DNA of 64,000 nt, taken from positions 2,305 through 66,304 of the forward strand of contig JABMPX010000005.1 in NCBI GenBank assembly GCA_013203625.1. Reading direction: 5' to 3'. This stretch comes from Parcubacteria group bacterium. GTDB taxonomy: Bacteria > Patescibacteriota > Minisyncoccia > Portnoybacterales > UBA2143. Position 1 is the stretch's first letter. The number at the start of each line of letters is the position of its first letter. A program made the translations under genes and the position numbers. This document shows positions 55,688-64,000 of this stretch, piece by piece. The notes under the pieces were generated by a model. The model worked only from the letters and a program-made list of their open reading frames with translations. It did not search any database and was not told the DNA's origin.

Positions 55688-57191
55688 TATTAGCTATAAA
55701 AAATAAAAAGACCTTATCATTAAAAAGGACGACGTCAAATAAACTATATCCCAGAATCCAAATCAAAGCAAGAACAAAAAATCCTGCCCAGCAAATCAAA
55801 TTCTTGGATTTTAACATTTGTTTCCATGCCTCTTTTAATATTTGCCAGAAAATTACTATTAAAATTAATAAGGCGAATATGCCCATTTCTGCAGTAATAT
55901 CCAAATATAGATTATGAGCTGAAGAACCTCTTTTGGAAAAAGACATGTCTTCATTAAGAACTGAAGGGAAATTGCCAATGCCTACTCCCAACAAGGGGCG
56001 GATTATTATTGAATCAGCTGTTCGTTGCCAAATTTCTAATCGACCCTTAATAGATGTCTCCATAAAATCCATAATACTTTTAGCTCTTTCAAACAAAGAA
56101 GCATCTGAAATAGCGTCTCTTCCTAATTCAATATATTGAGGCATAAAAAGAATAGCCGAAGCAATTGGAAATAAAATAAAAAAGATGATTAAACAACCTA
56201 AAATTAATTGAATTTGTTTTCGCCAATGTATAGATGGCGACCAATAAAGCAAAAGAATTAATAAATATACAATTAATGAACCCAAAGCGCTTACCCAGGC
56301 TCCCCTTGAGCCAGAAAATATAATAGCTAATAGACAACTAATCAATAACAGATAAGAATAAACTGCTTTTCGTTTATTATTTTTAGGTCTCACAAAAATA
56401 GCTGTCAAGAAAAATGGCAAAGCTAAGATACAGAAAAAAGCAAAAGAATGCGAATCAGGGAAAACAGAAAACATTCTTAAAGTTGGTAATTGATAGGAAT
56501 AATAGGAAAACCAAGTATTACTATATGATAAAAGATTGCTTAAATCCTGGCCATAAAAAATATTAATTACATTTCTATCCCAAAGATACCAAAATTGATG
56601 GAGATTAACAAAGAAAACCATTATTAACTGCAAAAAACCAATCCCCAGAGTTATTCCAATTGCCACTTTTATAGCGTTAATAACTTTAGAAACAATTTCT
56701 TTTTTTCTTTTCGCCAAATTTCTAATAATAATATAAAGGAGAAGGATATTGATTATAAAAAGAAGTTTTTTAATTCCAATAAAAACATCATTAGCTACTA
56801 TAAGAGACAAACAACCGATGCCCAAAAAAATAACAGTTAAGTTGGTTAATCTTGAGAATGGATAATCAATAATATTTTTTATTGCTTGCTGTTTGTGCTT
56901 TATTAATTTAAATAACCAAACAACAAAGAGAACTGCCAATAATATGCGCCAATTAGCCATTGTGTCAAAATTTTCTGTAATTGGTAAAGCAACAAACAAT
57001 GGGATTGAAGCAATAAAAATCCATAAAGAATCTTCTAAACGGCTAAAAATAAAGAAAAAAATTATTAAACCAGTTAAAAACAAACTTGCTTCTGGAGGCG
57101 CAATCCCAAAGACCATTAAAAAAATAACCGCTATTTCGGTTAAAAGGATAACAAGATTCTTCGTCTTTATTGTTCGTTGTTCATTGTTCAT
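55629..57191 (-). CDS. O-antigen ligase/polymerase-like (Wzy_C family) membrane protein
   Basis: 12+ TMs and conserved FSGSRGAWVSALGSL loop motif. Confidence 0.5.
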   Translation of the reverse strand: MNNEQRTIKTKNLVILLTEIAVIFLMVFGIAPPEASLFLTGLIIFFFIFSRLEDSLWIFIASIPLFVALPITENFDTMANWRILLAVLFVVWLFKLIKHKQQAIKNIIDYPFSRLTNLTVIFLGIGCLSLIVANDVFIGIKKLLFIINILLLYIIIRNLAKRKKEIVSKVINAIKVAIGITLGIGFLQLIMVFFVNLHQFWYLWDRNVINIFYGQDLSNLLSYSNTWFSYYSYQLPTLRMFSVFPDSHSFAFFCILALPFFLTAIFVRPKNNKRKAVYSYLLLISCLLAIIFSGSRGAWVSALGSLIVYLLILLLYWSPSIHWRKQIQLILGCLIIFFILFPIASAILFMPQYIELGRDAISDASLFERAKSIMDFMETSIKGRLEIWQRTADSIIIRPLLGVGIGNFPSVLNEDMSFSKRGSSAHNLYLDITAEMGIFALLILIVIFWQILKEAWKQMLKSKNLICWAGFFVLALIWILGYSLFDVVLFNDKVFLFFIANIGLLYATKSSISINKSSRL

Positions 57192-57195
57192 TCAA

Positions 57196-58398
57196 TTAAT
57201 ATCCTTTTAATTTGCTTGCATTTTTATGCTGGCGCATTCTTTCTAATGCCTTGGCTTCAATTTGCCTAATCCGTTCTCTGGTTACACCAAATTCCTGGCC
57301 CACTTCTTCTAAAGTATGGGTAACTCCGTCTTTTAATCCAAAACGCATCTCTAAAATTTTTTGTTCTCGAGGAGATAAATCAATTAAAATTTCTTTAAGG
57401 CGATTTTTAAGCAGTTTTCTGGCTGCTATTTGACTGGGCGAAATACTTTTTTTATCTTCAACAAATTCCCCTAAACTGCTTTCTTCGTCCTTATCGCTAA
57501 CTGGCGCTTCCAAAGAGATTGTATCTTGAGAGATTTTTATAATCTGTCTAACTTTTTCAATACTTTCACCCATTTCAGCTGATATTTCTTCAGGCAATGG
57601 TTCACGTCCTAAACTTTGTAAAAGCAGGCGCTTAACTTGGGTATATTTACTGATTGTTTCAACCATATGAACTGGGATTCTGATAGTTCTAGCTTGATCA
57701 GCTAATGCCCGTGTAATTGCTTGTCGTATCCACCAAGTAGCATAAGTAGAAAATTTATATCCGCGATGATAATCAAATTTTTCCACTGCCTTAAAAAGAC
57801 CTATATTCCCTTCTTGAATAAGATCTAAAAGGCTGAAATTACGGCTGCGTCCAATGTATCTTTTAGCAATACTAACAACTAATCTTAAATTAGCCTGAGT
57901 TAATTGCTGTCTAGACTCTTCGTTCCCTTGTTCTATCCCTTTAGCTAATCTGACCTCGTCTTGAGCTGTTAATAAAGGTATTCGTCCAATTTCACGCAAA
58001 TACATTTGCACATTATCAAATGCTTCTGAAGAAATAGGCAATTTTTTTCTAGTTGAATTTTTATCTTTTTTTAAGGATGCATCTAAAAATTCTACTGATT
58101 CAATTATTTCTATATTGTTTTCCCTTAACTTTTCATAAGCATTTTCTAGCCCCTCTATATCGTCTTCTATTCTTGGAACTATGCGCAATAATTCTGTTTC
58201 AGTAATAAATCCTCTTTCTCTCCCTCTATTGATCAACTCCTCAATTTTTTCTTGACTGATTAATGTTTTTTTTCTTCGTTTAACAGGATGAGGCTTAATG
58301 CGTGTTATTTTTTTAGTTTTCGCGGCTTTTTTTCTTGGGACAGGCTTCTTTCTATTAGTTTTAACAGCTTTAGATTTATTTTTTTTATTTTTAATCAT
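57196..58398 (-). CDS. rpoD: RNA polymerase sigma factor RpoD (sigma-70) with Lys/Arg-rich N-terminal extension
   Basis: Regions 2-4 present ([40 protein letters not shown]; 4.2 [23 protein letters not shown]). N-terminal ~45 aa is K/R-rich. Confidence 0.9.
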   Translation of the reverse strand: MIKNKKNKSKAVKTNRKKPVPRKKAAKTKKITRIKPHPVKRRKKTLISQEKIEELINRGRERGFITETELLRIVPRIEDDIEGLENAYEKLRENNIEIIESVEFLDASLKKDKNSTRKKLPISSEAFDNVQMYLREIGRIPLLTAQDEVRLAKGIEQGNEESRQQLTQANLRLVVSIAKRYIGRSRNFSLLDLIQEGNIGLFKAVEKFDYHRGYKFSTYATWWIRQAITRALADQARTIRIPVHMVETISKYTQVKRLLLQSLGREPLPEEISAEMGESIEKVRQIIKISQDTISLEAPVSDKDEESSLGEFVEDKKSISPSQIAARKLLKNRLKEILIDLSPREQKILEMRFGLKDGVTHTLEEVGQEFGVTRERIRQIEAKALERMRQHKNASKLKGY

Positions 58399-60182
58399 AT
58401 TACTTGTTTTGCTAATTTATTAAATTCTTTAGTCAATTTTTTAAGAGAAATATTATCTTTTTTTTCTTCTGCTTCCTGAATAGATAAGCTTAACTGATTT
58501 AATTTCTTTTGGAAATAGCGTTTTTTTAACTCTTTGAAACAAAATTTAATTTCTTTTTTAGGATTAAATTCATCAATCATTTCTTTTTGCACTTCTACTC
58601 CGAAAATAAGGTAATCCACTTTATCTGCTAAAACAAATGGCAAATCTTTTTTAAAATTTTTTATATTAATTTTCTTATTTCGATTCTCTTTTAAAACATT
58701 AAATATTTGTTCTAAATTTGTATCAATAAATAGAGAACGAGACTGTTTTCTGCTTTCTTTAAGGGCTTCTGGATATGCTAGAATAAGGCCCAAGGTATAT
58801 TCTTCAAAATTAAGCTTCCCTTTACTAAGATTATTTTGATTTAGAATTGGCTGATTGTCCTGAATTGTATTTACTGTTGAACTTTTTATTTTTCCCATCT
58901 CTTCTATTAAAACCTCTTCTTGAACTTTTAATTCTCCAGCTACTTTTTGCAGCCAATGAGCTTGTTCAACTTTATTAGGAATCTTTTTAATTATTGGCAA
59001 AAGGTCTTGAGATGTTTTTTTCTTGCCTTCTGCTGTATTTAGGTCGTTCTTAGAAAGGGCGTTGGATAAATAAAATTCAATCAAACTTTGGGCGTTTTTA
59101 ACTGCATTGGGCCAAGTTTGAGTATTTTTCTGGAAACAATCAGCTGGATCTTGATTGTCAGGCAAGCTGATAACTTTAAGATTAAAACCAAATTGAAGAG
59201 CTAAATCAGCTCCGCGTTTTGTTGCTATTTCGCCTGCCACATCCATATCAAAGGCCATTGCTAAAATATCTGTATATCGCTTAATAATTTTTAATTGTTG
59301 CTCAGTTAAGGCAGTGCCTGAACTGGCTATTATATTATTAAAACCAGCTTGATGTCCCATAATAACATCAGTTTGTCCTTCAACTAAGACACAAAGATTA
59401 TTCTTTCTAATATCCAGCTTAGCTTTGTCTATGCCGTATAAAATACGACTTTTATCGTAAATAAGGGTATTGGGCGTATTAATATATTTGCCCATTCGTT
59501 CATCAGGATGAGCAGGATTTTCTCTTCCAGTAAAACCTACTATTATTCCATTAATATCTTTAATAGGAAAAATAATTCTATCTCGAAATCTATCGTAATA
59601 TTTGCTTCTGTTTGTTTTCTTTTCTGTTTCAATGATTAATCCTGTTTTTAAAATTTCTGTTTCAATATATCCCTGCTTTTTTAAAAAATCCATTAAAGAA
59701 TTCCATTGGCTAGGAGCATAGCCAATTTGCCAATCTTTTATTGTTTTTGTTTTTATTCCACGTCCAGATAAATATTTTTGAATATTTTTACCAGTTTTGC
59801 TTTCTAACTGTTTAATAAAAAAACGAGTGGATAAATCACAAATTTCATATAATCTGGTTCTTTCAGTTTTTAATTTAACTGATATAGCTGGATCAAGTTT
59901 TTTTAATTCTACTCCAGCCCGTTGAGCTAAAGTTCGCAAAGCATCGCCGAATTCCACTCCTTCCATTTCCATAATAAAATCAAAAATGCTTCCGCCTTTG
60001 CCGCAGCCAAAACAGCGCCATAACTGTCTTTCCGGCGAAACCATAAAAGAAGGCGTTTTTTCTGAATGAAAAGGACAGCTGGCTCGGTAATTCCGCCCGG
60101 CTTTTTGCAATTTAATATACCCTCCAATTACATCAATTATATCTAATTTATTTTTAATCTCATCAACTGGTGAATCAAACAT
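58395..60182 (-). CDS. dnaG: DNA primase DnaG
   Basis: Zinc ribbon [29 protein letters not shown] and Toprim region. Overlaps the rpoD start by 4 nt. Confidence 0.9.
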   Translation of the reverse strand: MFDSPVDEIKNKLDIIDVIGGYIKLQKAGRNYRASCPFHSEKTPSFMVSPERQLWRCFGCGKGGSIFDFIMEMEGVEFGDALRTLAQRAGVELKKLDPAISVKLKTERTRLYEICDLSTRFFIKQLESKTGKNIQKYLSGRGIKTKTIKDWQIGYAPSQWNSLMDFLKKQGYIETEILKTGLIIETEKKTNRSKYYDRFRDRIIFPIKDINGIIVGFTGRENPAHPDERMGKYINTPNTLIYDKSRILYGIDKAKLDIRKNNLCVLVEGQTDVIMGHQAGFNNIIASSGTALTEQQLKIIKRYTDILAMAFDMDVAGEIATKRGADLALQFGFNLKVISLPDNQDPADCFQKNTQTWPNAVKNAQSLIEFYLSNALSKNDLNTAEGKKKTSQDLLPIIKKIPNKVEQAHWLQKVAGELKVQEEVLIEEMGKIKSSTVNTIQDNQPILNQNNLSKGKLNFEEYTLGLILAYPEALKESRKQSRSLFIDTNLEQIFNVLKENRNKKINIKNFKKDLPFVLADKVDYLIFGVEVQKEMIDEFNPKKEIKFCFKELKKRYFQKKLNQLSLSIQEAEEKKDNISLKKLTKEFNKLAKQVI

Positions 60183-60191
60183 CTTAAAAAA

Positions 60192-60701
60192 TTATTTATG
60201 TTTATATTTAATTTTATCTTCATTTGCTCCTTTTAGTATTTTATCCACCATTTCAATTTCTTCTAAAATCCCTTCAATTAAATCATATTTCTTAGCTTGT
60301 TTATAACTTACCCAAGCATAATCAATATTATCCTCATCTAATTTAATTTTTCCTGATCTATACGGACAATAAAAACTTAAAATAATCGCTGGAGTTCCGT
60401 CAGGAATAATAAAGGCAATATCTAATAAATATTTTACTCTGCCTATTTCTAAATTAACCTCTTCTTTTACTTCTCTTTTTAAAGAGTGTTCAATAGCAAA
60501 ATACCAATGATTCCTAGTGGTTTTAACAGTATTGATATAATCATCTGTTTCTAATCCCCCGCCTGGCACAGTCCATTGTCCTGGGAATGCTTTCTTGTTT
60601 AAACTTCGCTGGGTTATCAAATATTTAATATTCTTGCCATGTTTTCGGTAAATAATCGCTGTAGAAGTTATCCGATGTAATTCTTTATTTTTAATTTTCA
60701 T
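60192..60701 (-). CDS. NUDIX-family hydrolase
   Basis: Nudix-box-like GGGLE...REVKEEVNLEI. Confidence 0.5.
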   Translation of the reverse strand: MKIKNKELHRITSTAIIYRKHGKNIKYLITQRSLNKKAFPGQWTVPGGGLETDDYINTVKTTRNHWYFAIEHSLKREVKEEVNLEIGRVKYLLDIAFIIPDGTPAIILSFYCPYRSGKIKLDEDNIDYAWVSYKQAKKYDLIEGILEEIEMVDKILKGANEDKIKYKHK

Positions 60702-60728
60702 GACAATATGGATATCCTTAACTATTGA

Positions 60729-61637
60729 TTATTTTGGTTTATTTGCAGTAAATATACAATATCGAAATAATCCTTTTTCGTTCATTTTATAATATTCGTA
60801 TCCGGCAGTAGTGTTGATGAAAAATCTTTGAAGCCCAAAAAATTTTATAAATTTATATGGCAAAACAGAAAGCTTATATAATCTATAGAACGATGGACGG
60901 ATATTCTCTGTTATATTTTGTTCTTTTACATTTTCAAATCCAGCATTTTGAACAATCTCTGTAAATTGATCGTGCCTAAAATCCTTTAGCCCCATCATTG
61001 CTGAACCGTCTATAACAAGATTAAGCATTTTCTTCTCCCACTCCGAAAATTTTTCATCAGGAGCCACAGTATATTCAAAAAGCGCAATTTTGCCATTGGG
61101 CTTTAAAACTCTATAAAATTCTTTAAGTGTTTTAAGAATATTGGGAGAATGCGAAAGCGTTTCGGTAGTATAAATTGCATCAAAATAATTATTGTGGAAA
61201 GTCATTATAGAGTAATCCATTATTTGATAGTCAGTTTTATTTTCAATCCTAAATTTTCGGGCAAGTTTTTTAGCTTTTTTCACTTCAAACGGTACAAGTG
61301 TAATGCCAAAAATTTCAGCTCCGTATTTTTTAGCAAGATATGTTGAAACAACACCTTGACCACAACCAGCATCTAAAACTCGCTGGTTTTGTTGAAGATT
61401 TAAATTTTTAGCAACTAAGTCTTGAAGTAAGACCTGAGCTCTTTTCTCCGAAATATCATTTCTTCTATTTGGGTAATAACCAAAATGCTTTGATCCACAT
61501 AAGATAAAATTAAAACCGAGTCTTGTTTCTGGATGTTGGTAATAATCAACGATTTTTTGCTGCTCAGTTTTCATGCTTAAATAAATGTTATGGCGGTATA
61601 CGTTCGAAAAAATTCGAACGGAATTTTCCACTCTCAC
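60729..61637 (-). CDS. class I SAM-dependent methyltransferase
   Basis: Motif I VLDAGCGQGVVSTYL and motif II/III pattern. Confidence 0.7.
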   Translation of the reverse strand: MRVENSVRIFSNVYRHNIYLSMKTEQQKIVDYYQHPETRLGFNFILCGSKHFGYYPNRRNDISEKRAQVLLQDLVAKNLNLQQNQRVLDAGCGQGVVSTYLAKKYGAEIFGITLVPFEVKKAKKLARKFRIENKTDYQIMDYSIMTFHNNYFDAIYTTETLSHSPNILKTLKEFYRVLKPNGKIALFEYTVAPDEKFSEWEKKMLNLVIDGSAMMGLKDFRHDQFTEIVQNAGFENVKEQNITENIRPSFYRLYKLSVLPYKFIKFFGLQRFFINTTAGYEYYKMNEKGLFRYCIFTANKPK

Positions 61638-61855
61638 ATTCCCAAAAACTCTAATAATTTATAGATAACAAAAGCGGGCCAGACAATAGCCTTAAGAATG
61701 CCAAGAACTCCAGCCCAGAAGCTTGTTGCGTTCTGAATGAAATAAATTGCCGCGCCGATCAAACCCAAGCCATACACAGCGCTTGATACTCCGCCACATG
61801 GCATAGACTTGCTTTTTCCGCATTCATCCTCTGATAAATTTTTTTCGTCATTCAT
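61634..61855 (-). CDS. small hypothetical membrane protein
   Basis: 73 aa with two predicted TMs. Start overlaps the methyltransferase stop. Confidence 0.3.
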   Translation of the reverse strand: MNDEKNLSEDECGKSKSMPCGGVSSAVYGLGLIGAAIYFIQNATSFWAGVLGILKAIVWPAFVIYKLLEFLGM

Positions 61856-61963
61856 GTTTTTGTTTTATCGCTTATAGATTTTATATATCGACCTTATATT
61901 ATAACTAAAGAAATCAGTAATAAAATTTTGTTATATAATTTATTCATTTTTTAAAATTTTAAT

Positions 61964-61997
61964 AAGTAGGGGCAGATTATTTTTTCTACCCCTACTT
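61964..61997 (-). terminator. hairpin terminator immediately 3' of the minus-strand gene 61999-62610
   Basis: AAGTAGGGG-16 nt-CCCCTACTT, begins 2 nt after the stop codon. Confidence 0.4.
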
Positions 61998-61998
61998 A

Positions 61999-62610
61999 CT
62001 ATTTATCATGATTACGAATATCTTGAATTACCATTCTTCCATTTTCGTCAAAATTTCCTTTTTGTTTTAAACTTTTATTGTGATATTTGTGTTCTGATTT
62101 CCATTGTTTACCACTTCTCTTTATCACAGTGTTTATATCTCCTCTTTGAAGAAATGTTTTTCCTTCACTAATAGAAATATAACCATCTCCTTTTTCTACT
62201 CTTGAAGAGCCATCTCTCATATTTCGTCTAATTTCATGCTTAATAGGTATTTGATTAGAAAATTTAGGACTAATATAGAATATGTGAGACCCTTCTTCTA
62301 TAATTTTTCTTTCTTTATCTGCTCTTTGATAAGGAAAATCAATTTTGATTCTGCCATCTTTTTGAACGTTCCATTTTGCATCCATTCCTATAACACTTGA
62401 AAAAATCCTATCCCACACATCAAGATTAACTTCTTTATCGATTTGTCCAGTAAACATGTTTCCTAAATTAGCTATAAGATAACTAATAACTAATAAAACA
62501 GAAACCAGCAGAAATATACTTTTAGTTAAAGAGAAATTGCCTATTCTAAAGCTTTCTAGAATATTCTTCCTTTTTCTTTTCCGTCTTGATTTTCTTTTCA
62601 TTGCGAACAC
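61999..62610 (-). CDS. hypothetical protein, basic N-terminus + single TM
   Basis: MFAMKRKSRRKRKRKN... then TM IFLLVSVLLVISYLIANLG. No family recognised. Confidence 0.4.
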   Translation of the reverse strand: MFAMKRKSRRKRKRKNILESFRIGNFSLTKSIFLLVSVLLVISYLIANLGNMFTGQIDKEVNLDVWDRIFSSVIGMDAKWNVQKDGRIKIDFPYQRADKERKIIEEGSHIFYISPKFSNQIPIKHEIRRNMRDGSSRVEKGDGYISISEGKTFLQRGDINTVIKRSGKQWKSEHKYHNKSLKQKGNFDENGRMVIQDIRNHDK

Positions 62611-62661
62611 CTCCTTAGGAAAATTTATCGAAAAAATTTAAAAGGAACTAAAAATTTAAAC

Positions 62662-62749
62662 TGGCGGAGAGGGCAGGATTCGAACCCGCGGTACATTGCT
62701 GCACACACGCTTTCCAAGCGTGCTCTTTAAGCCACTCAGACACCTCTCC
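62662..62749 (-). tRNA. tRNA-Ser (anticodon GGA), long variable arm, CCA encoded
   Basis: Reverse complement GGAGAGGTGTCTGAGTGGCTTAAAGAGCACGCTTGGAAAGCGTG...GGTTCGAATCCCGCCCTCTCCGCCA. Confidence 0.8.
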
Positions 62750-62752
62750 TAT

Positions 62753-63013
62753 TTAAAAATGCTCTAACAGTTTCTTTTTTAATTTATCTATTTCAAAAGA
62801 ATCCAAGGGATCTCCTGAAACACGTTTTAAACGGCTAATTTCCTTTTTCATTTCATACTCGCTTAGACCATCTTTTAAAGAATCACTGAAAACACCTTCT
62901 ACATAATGCCGTTCATTTGGAGATAACTGCGGAATTTTTCGCAATGTTTTCTTGAAATCATCACGATATATTTTTTTACTGCTTGAAAAAAATCCCATAT
63001 ATTCATTTCTCAA
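62753..63013 (-). CDS. hypothetical small protein
   Basis: 86-aa ORF, no motif. Confidence 0.3.
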   Translation of the reverse strand: MRNEYMGFFSSSKKIYRDDFKKTLRKIPQLSPNERHYVEGVFSDSLKDGLSEYEMKKEISRLKRVSGDPLDSFEIDKLKKKLLEHF

Positions 63014-63659
63014 TTAATTTATTCTCCAATAAAAAATCTCTGACTCTTTTAAACATTTTCTGATGGCCTTTTGAATTAGGATGTAAGCCATCTTCTAAAT
63101 CTTTTTTACTTAATAAATCAAACATATCAATGAATAATGTATTGTTGTCTTGGCAAAAATCTTTTAATATTTTGTTATACTGCCGAACATTTTTATTGAT
63201 ATAGTATTTGTCTTTGCCAGAAATTGGAGAAGTTTTAGATTCATCAACTTTAGTAAACCCAATAAACAAAACTTTTTTTGTATATTTATATGCTTTGTTT
63301 GATAAAGTATTTAAGTTCTTTTTGAAATCATCGGGCTTAACCATAACATCGTCTTTCGATTTTGAATATTTACAATCATTAGTTTCAATAGCAAATATTA
63401 TTATATTATGCTGACTTCTTTCAAAATCTTCTGATGTTCGCTGTTTCATCTCATTATCAAATCTTTCTAATAAATCATTTGTTGTGTCCCCGCCTATGCC
63501 TAAATTCATCGTGGAATAAACAATAAAATCATCTTTTATTTTTATTCTAAAATCATCGCTATACAAGTATGTTTTTAAACGATCCACCCATCCTCCATGC
63601 TTTGGATCCCAGAGGCCAAGCGTAATACTAGCTCCAAAAACAATTAAATGAATAAACAT
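63003..63659 (-). CDS. SGNH/GDSL-family hydrolase
   Basis: Block I IVFGASITLG (GxS nucleophile) and block V DGLHPNSKGH (DxxH). Confidence 0.6.
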   Translation of the reverse strand: MFIHLIVFGASITLGLWDPKHGGWVDRLKTYLYSDDFRIKIKDDFIVYSTMNLGIGGDTTNDLLERFDNEMKQRTSEDFERSQHNIIIFAIETNDCKYSKSKDDVMVKPDDFKKNLNTLSNKAYKYTKKVLFIGFTKVDESKTSPISGKDKYYINKNVRQYNKILKDFCQDNNTLFIDMFDLLSKKDLEDGLHPNSKGHQKMFKRVRDFLLENKLIEK

Positions 63660-63661
63660 AA

Positions 63662-64000
63662 TTATATCTCCATTCCCCGTAAGGCGTTAACTCTTTTCTC
63701 AATCGGAGGATGAGTCATAAATAATCTAGAAACTTTTTTACCTTTAAAAGGATTATTAATATACAAATGAGCTGTGGCTTTATTAGCTACTTTTAAAGGC
63801 GTCTGGTCTGCTGATATTTTCTCTAACGCACTGGCTAATCCTTCTGGATAACGAGTTAATAAAGCGCCGCTAGCATCAGCTAAAAATTCTCTTTTACGGG
63901 AAATAGACAATTGAATTAAAGCAGCAATTAAAGGAGATAAAATAGCCAAGGCAAAACCAATTAAAATCATAATACCAGCAAATTGTCCCCCTCCTTGGTT
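63662..64000 (-). CDS. htpX: HtpX-like M48 membrane protease, C-terminal part; N-terminus lies beyond the window end
   Basis: C-terminal TM helix and THPPIEKRVNALRGM tail typical of HtpX. Open frame continues to nt 64000. Confidence 0.65.
   Translation of the reverse strand, partial: NQGGGQFAGIMILIGFALAILSPLIAALIQLSISRKREFLADASGALLTRYPEGLASALEKISADQTPLKVANKATAHLYINNPFKGKKVSRLFMTHPPIEKRVNALRGMEI

Noticed and set aside
1-64000. rRNA genes, RNase P RNA, tmRNA, SRP RNA
   Set aside because: No intergenic region is long enough (the longest is ~210 nt), and no conserved rRNA strings such as the anti-SD region were seen.

Overview
This is a low-GC (about 30-36% by eye), gene-dense bacterial chromosomal segment with short intergenic spacers. 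Gene content is consistent with a small-genome, Patescibacteria/CPR-like organism; that assignment is inference only.

Housekeeping backbone:
- Isoprenoid, repair and wall genes at the 5' end: uppS C-terminus, a polyprenyl synthetase, pcm and mltG.
- Ribosomal proteins L10, L7/L12, L21, L27 and L9.
- A division/cell-wall (dcw) cluster split into two blocks about 30 kb apart. The first block is mraZ-rsmH-ftsL-ftsI-murF. The second is dacA-like, mraY, murD, ftsW and murG.
- Replication and recombination: dnaB, recR, dnaG and rmuC.
- Transcription and translation: rpoD, gltX and a short aspS that lacks the GAD insertion.
- Chaperones: grpE-hsp20-dnaK together, with dnaJ about 12 kb away.
- Cation handling: a P-type Ca/Mg ATPase overlapping a CaCA exchanger gene, plus corA.
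- Two cell-surface glycan loci containing Wzz-like, Wzy_C-like, GT2/GT4, radical-SAM and LCP genes.
- Six tRNAs: Val, Glu, Gly, Lys, Ser on the minus strand, and one that overlaps the rmuC stop codon.

Accessory content that stands out:
1. About 23.3-27.6 kb: a GC-elevated four-gene operon with strong Shine-Dalgarno sites. It encodes only exported proteins: a LysM-TM-Cys/His-tail protein, a lipoprotein, a LysM + poly-Pro + beta-barrel-like protein, and a second lipoprotein. It has its own promoter and ends in convergent terminators.
2. About 36.0-37.6 kb: an islet next to tRNA-Lys. It holds a reverse-order hicB-hicA pair, then a GC-elevated cassette (101-aa unknown protein plus HIT hydrolase) behind a palindrome and direct-repeat operator region, closed by a terminator.
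3. About 47.9-50.5 kb: a tyrosine recombinase under a perfect consensus promoter, followed by a Cas4-like 4-Cys PD-(D/E)XK nuclease.

Other features worth noting:
- A 15-16 nt motif (ATTTCAGAGGCCGTGC) sits directly after a stop codon at two places.
- MraZ-box direct repeats lie upstream of mraZ.
- The last division-cluster gene is a coiled-coil + C39-like peptidase.

No rRNA, CRISPR array or transposase was seen. All calls are by-eye motif recognition; no database searches were run.
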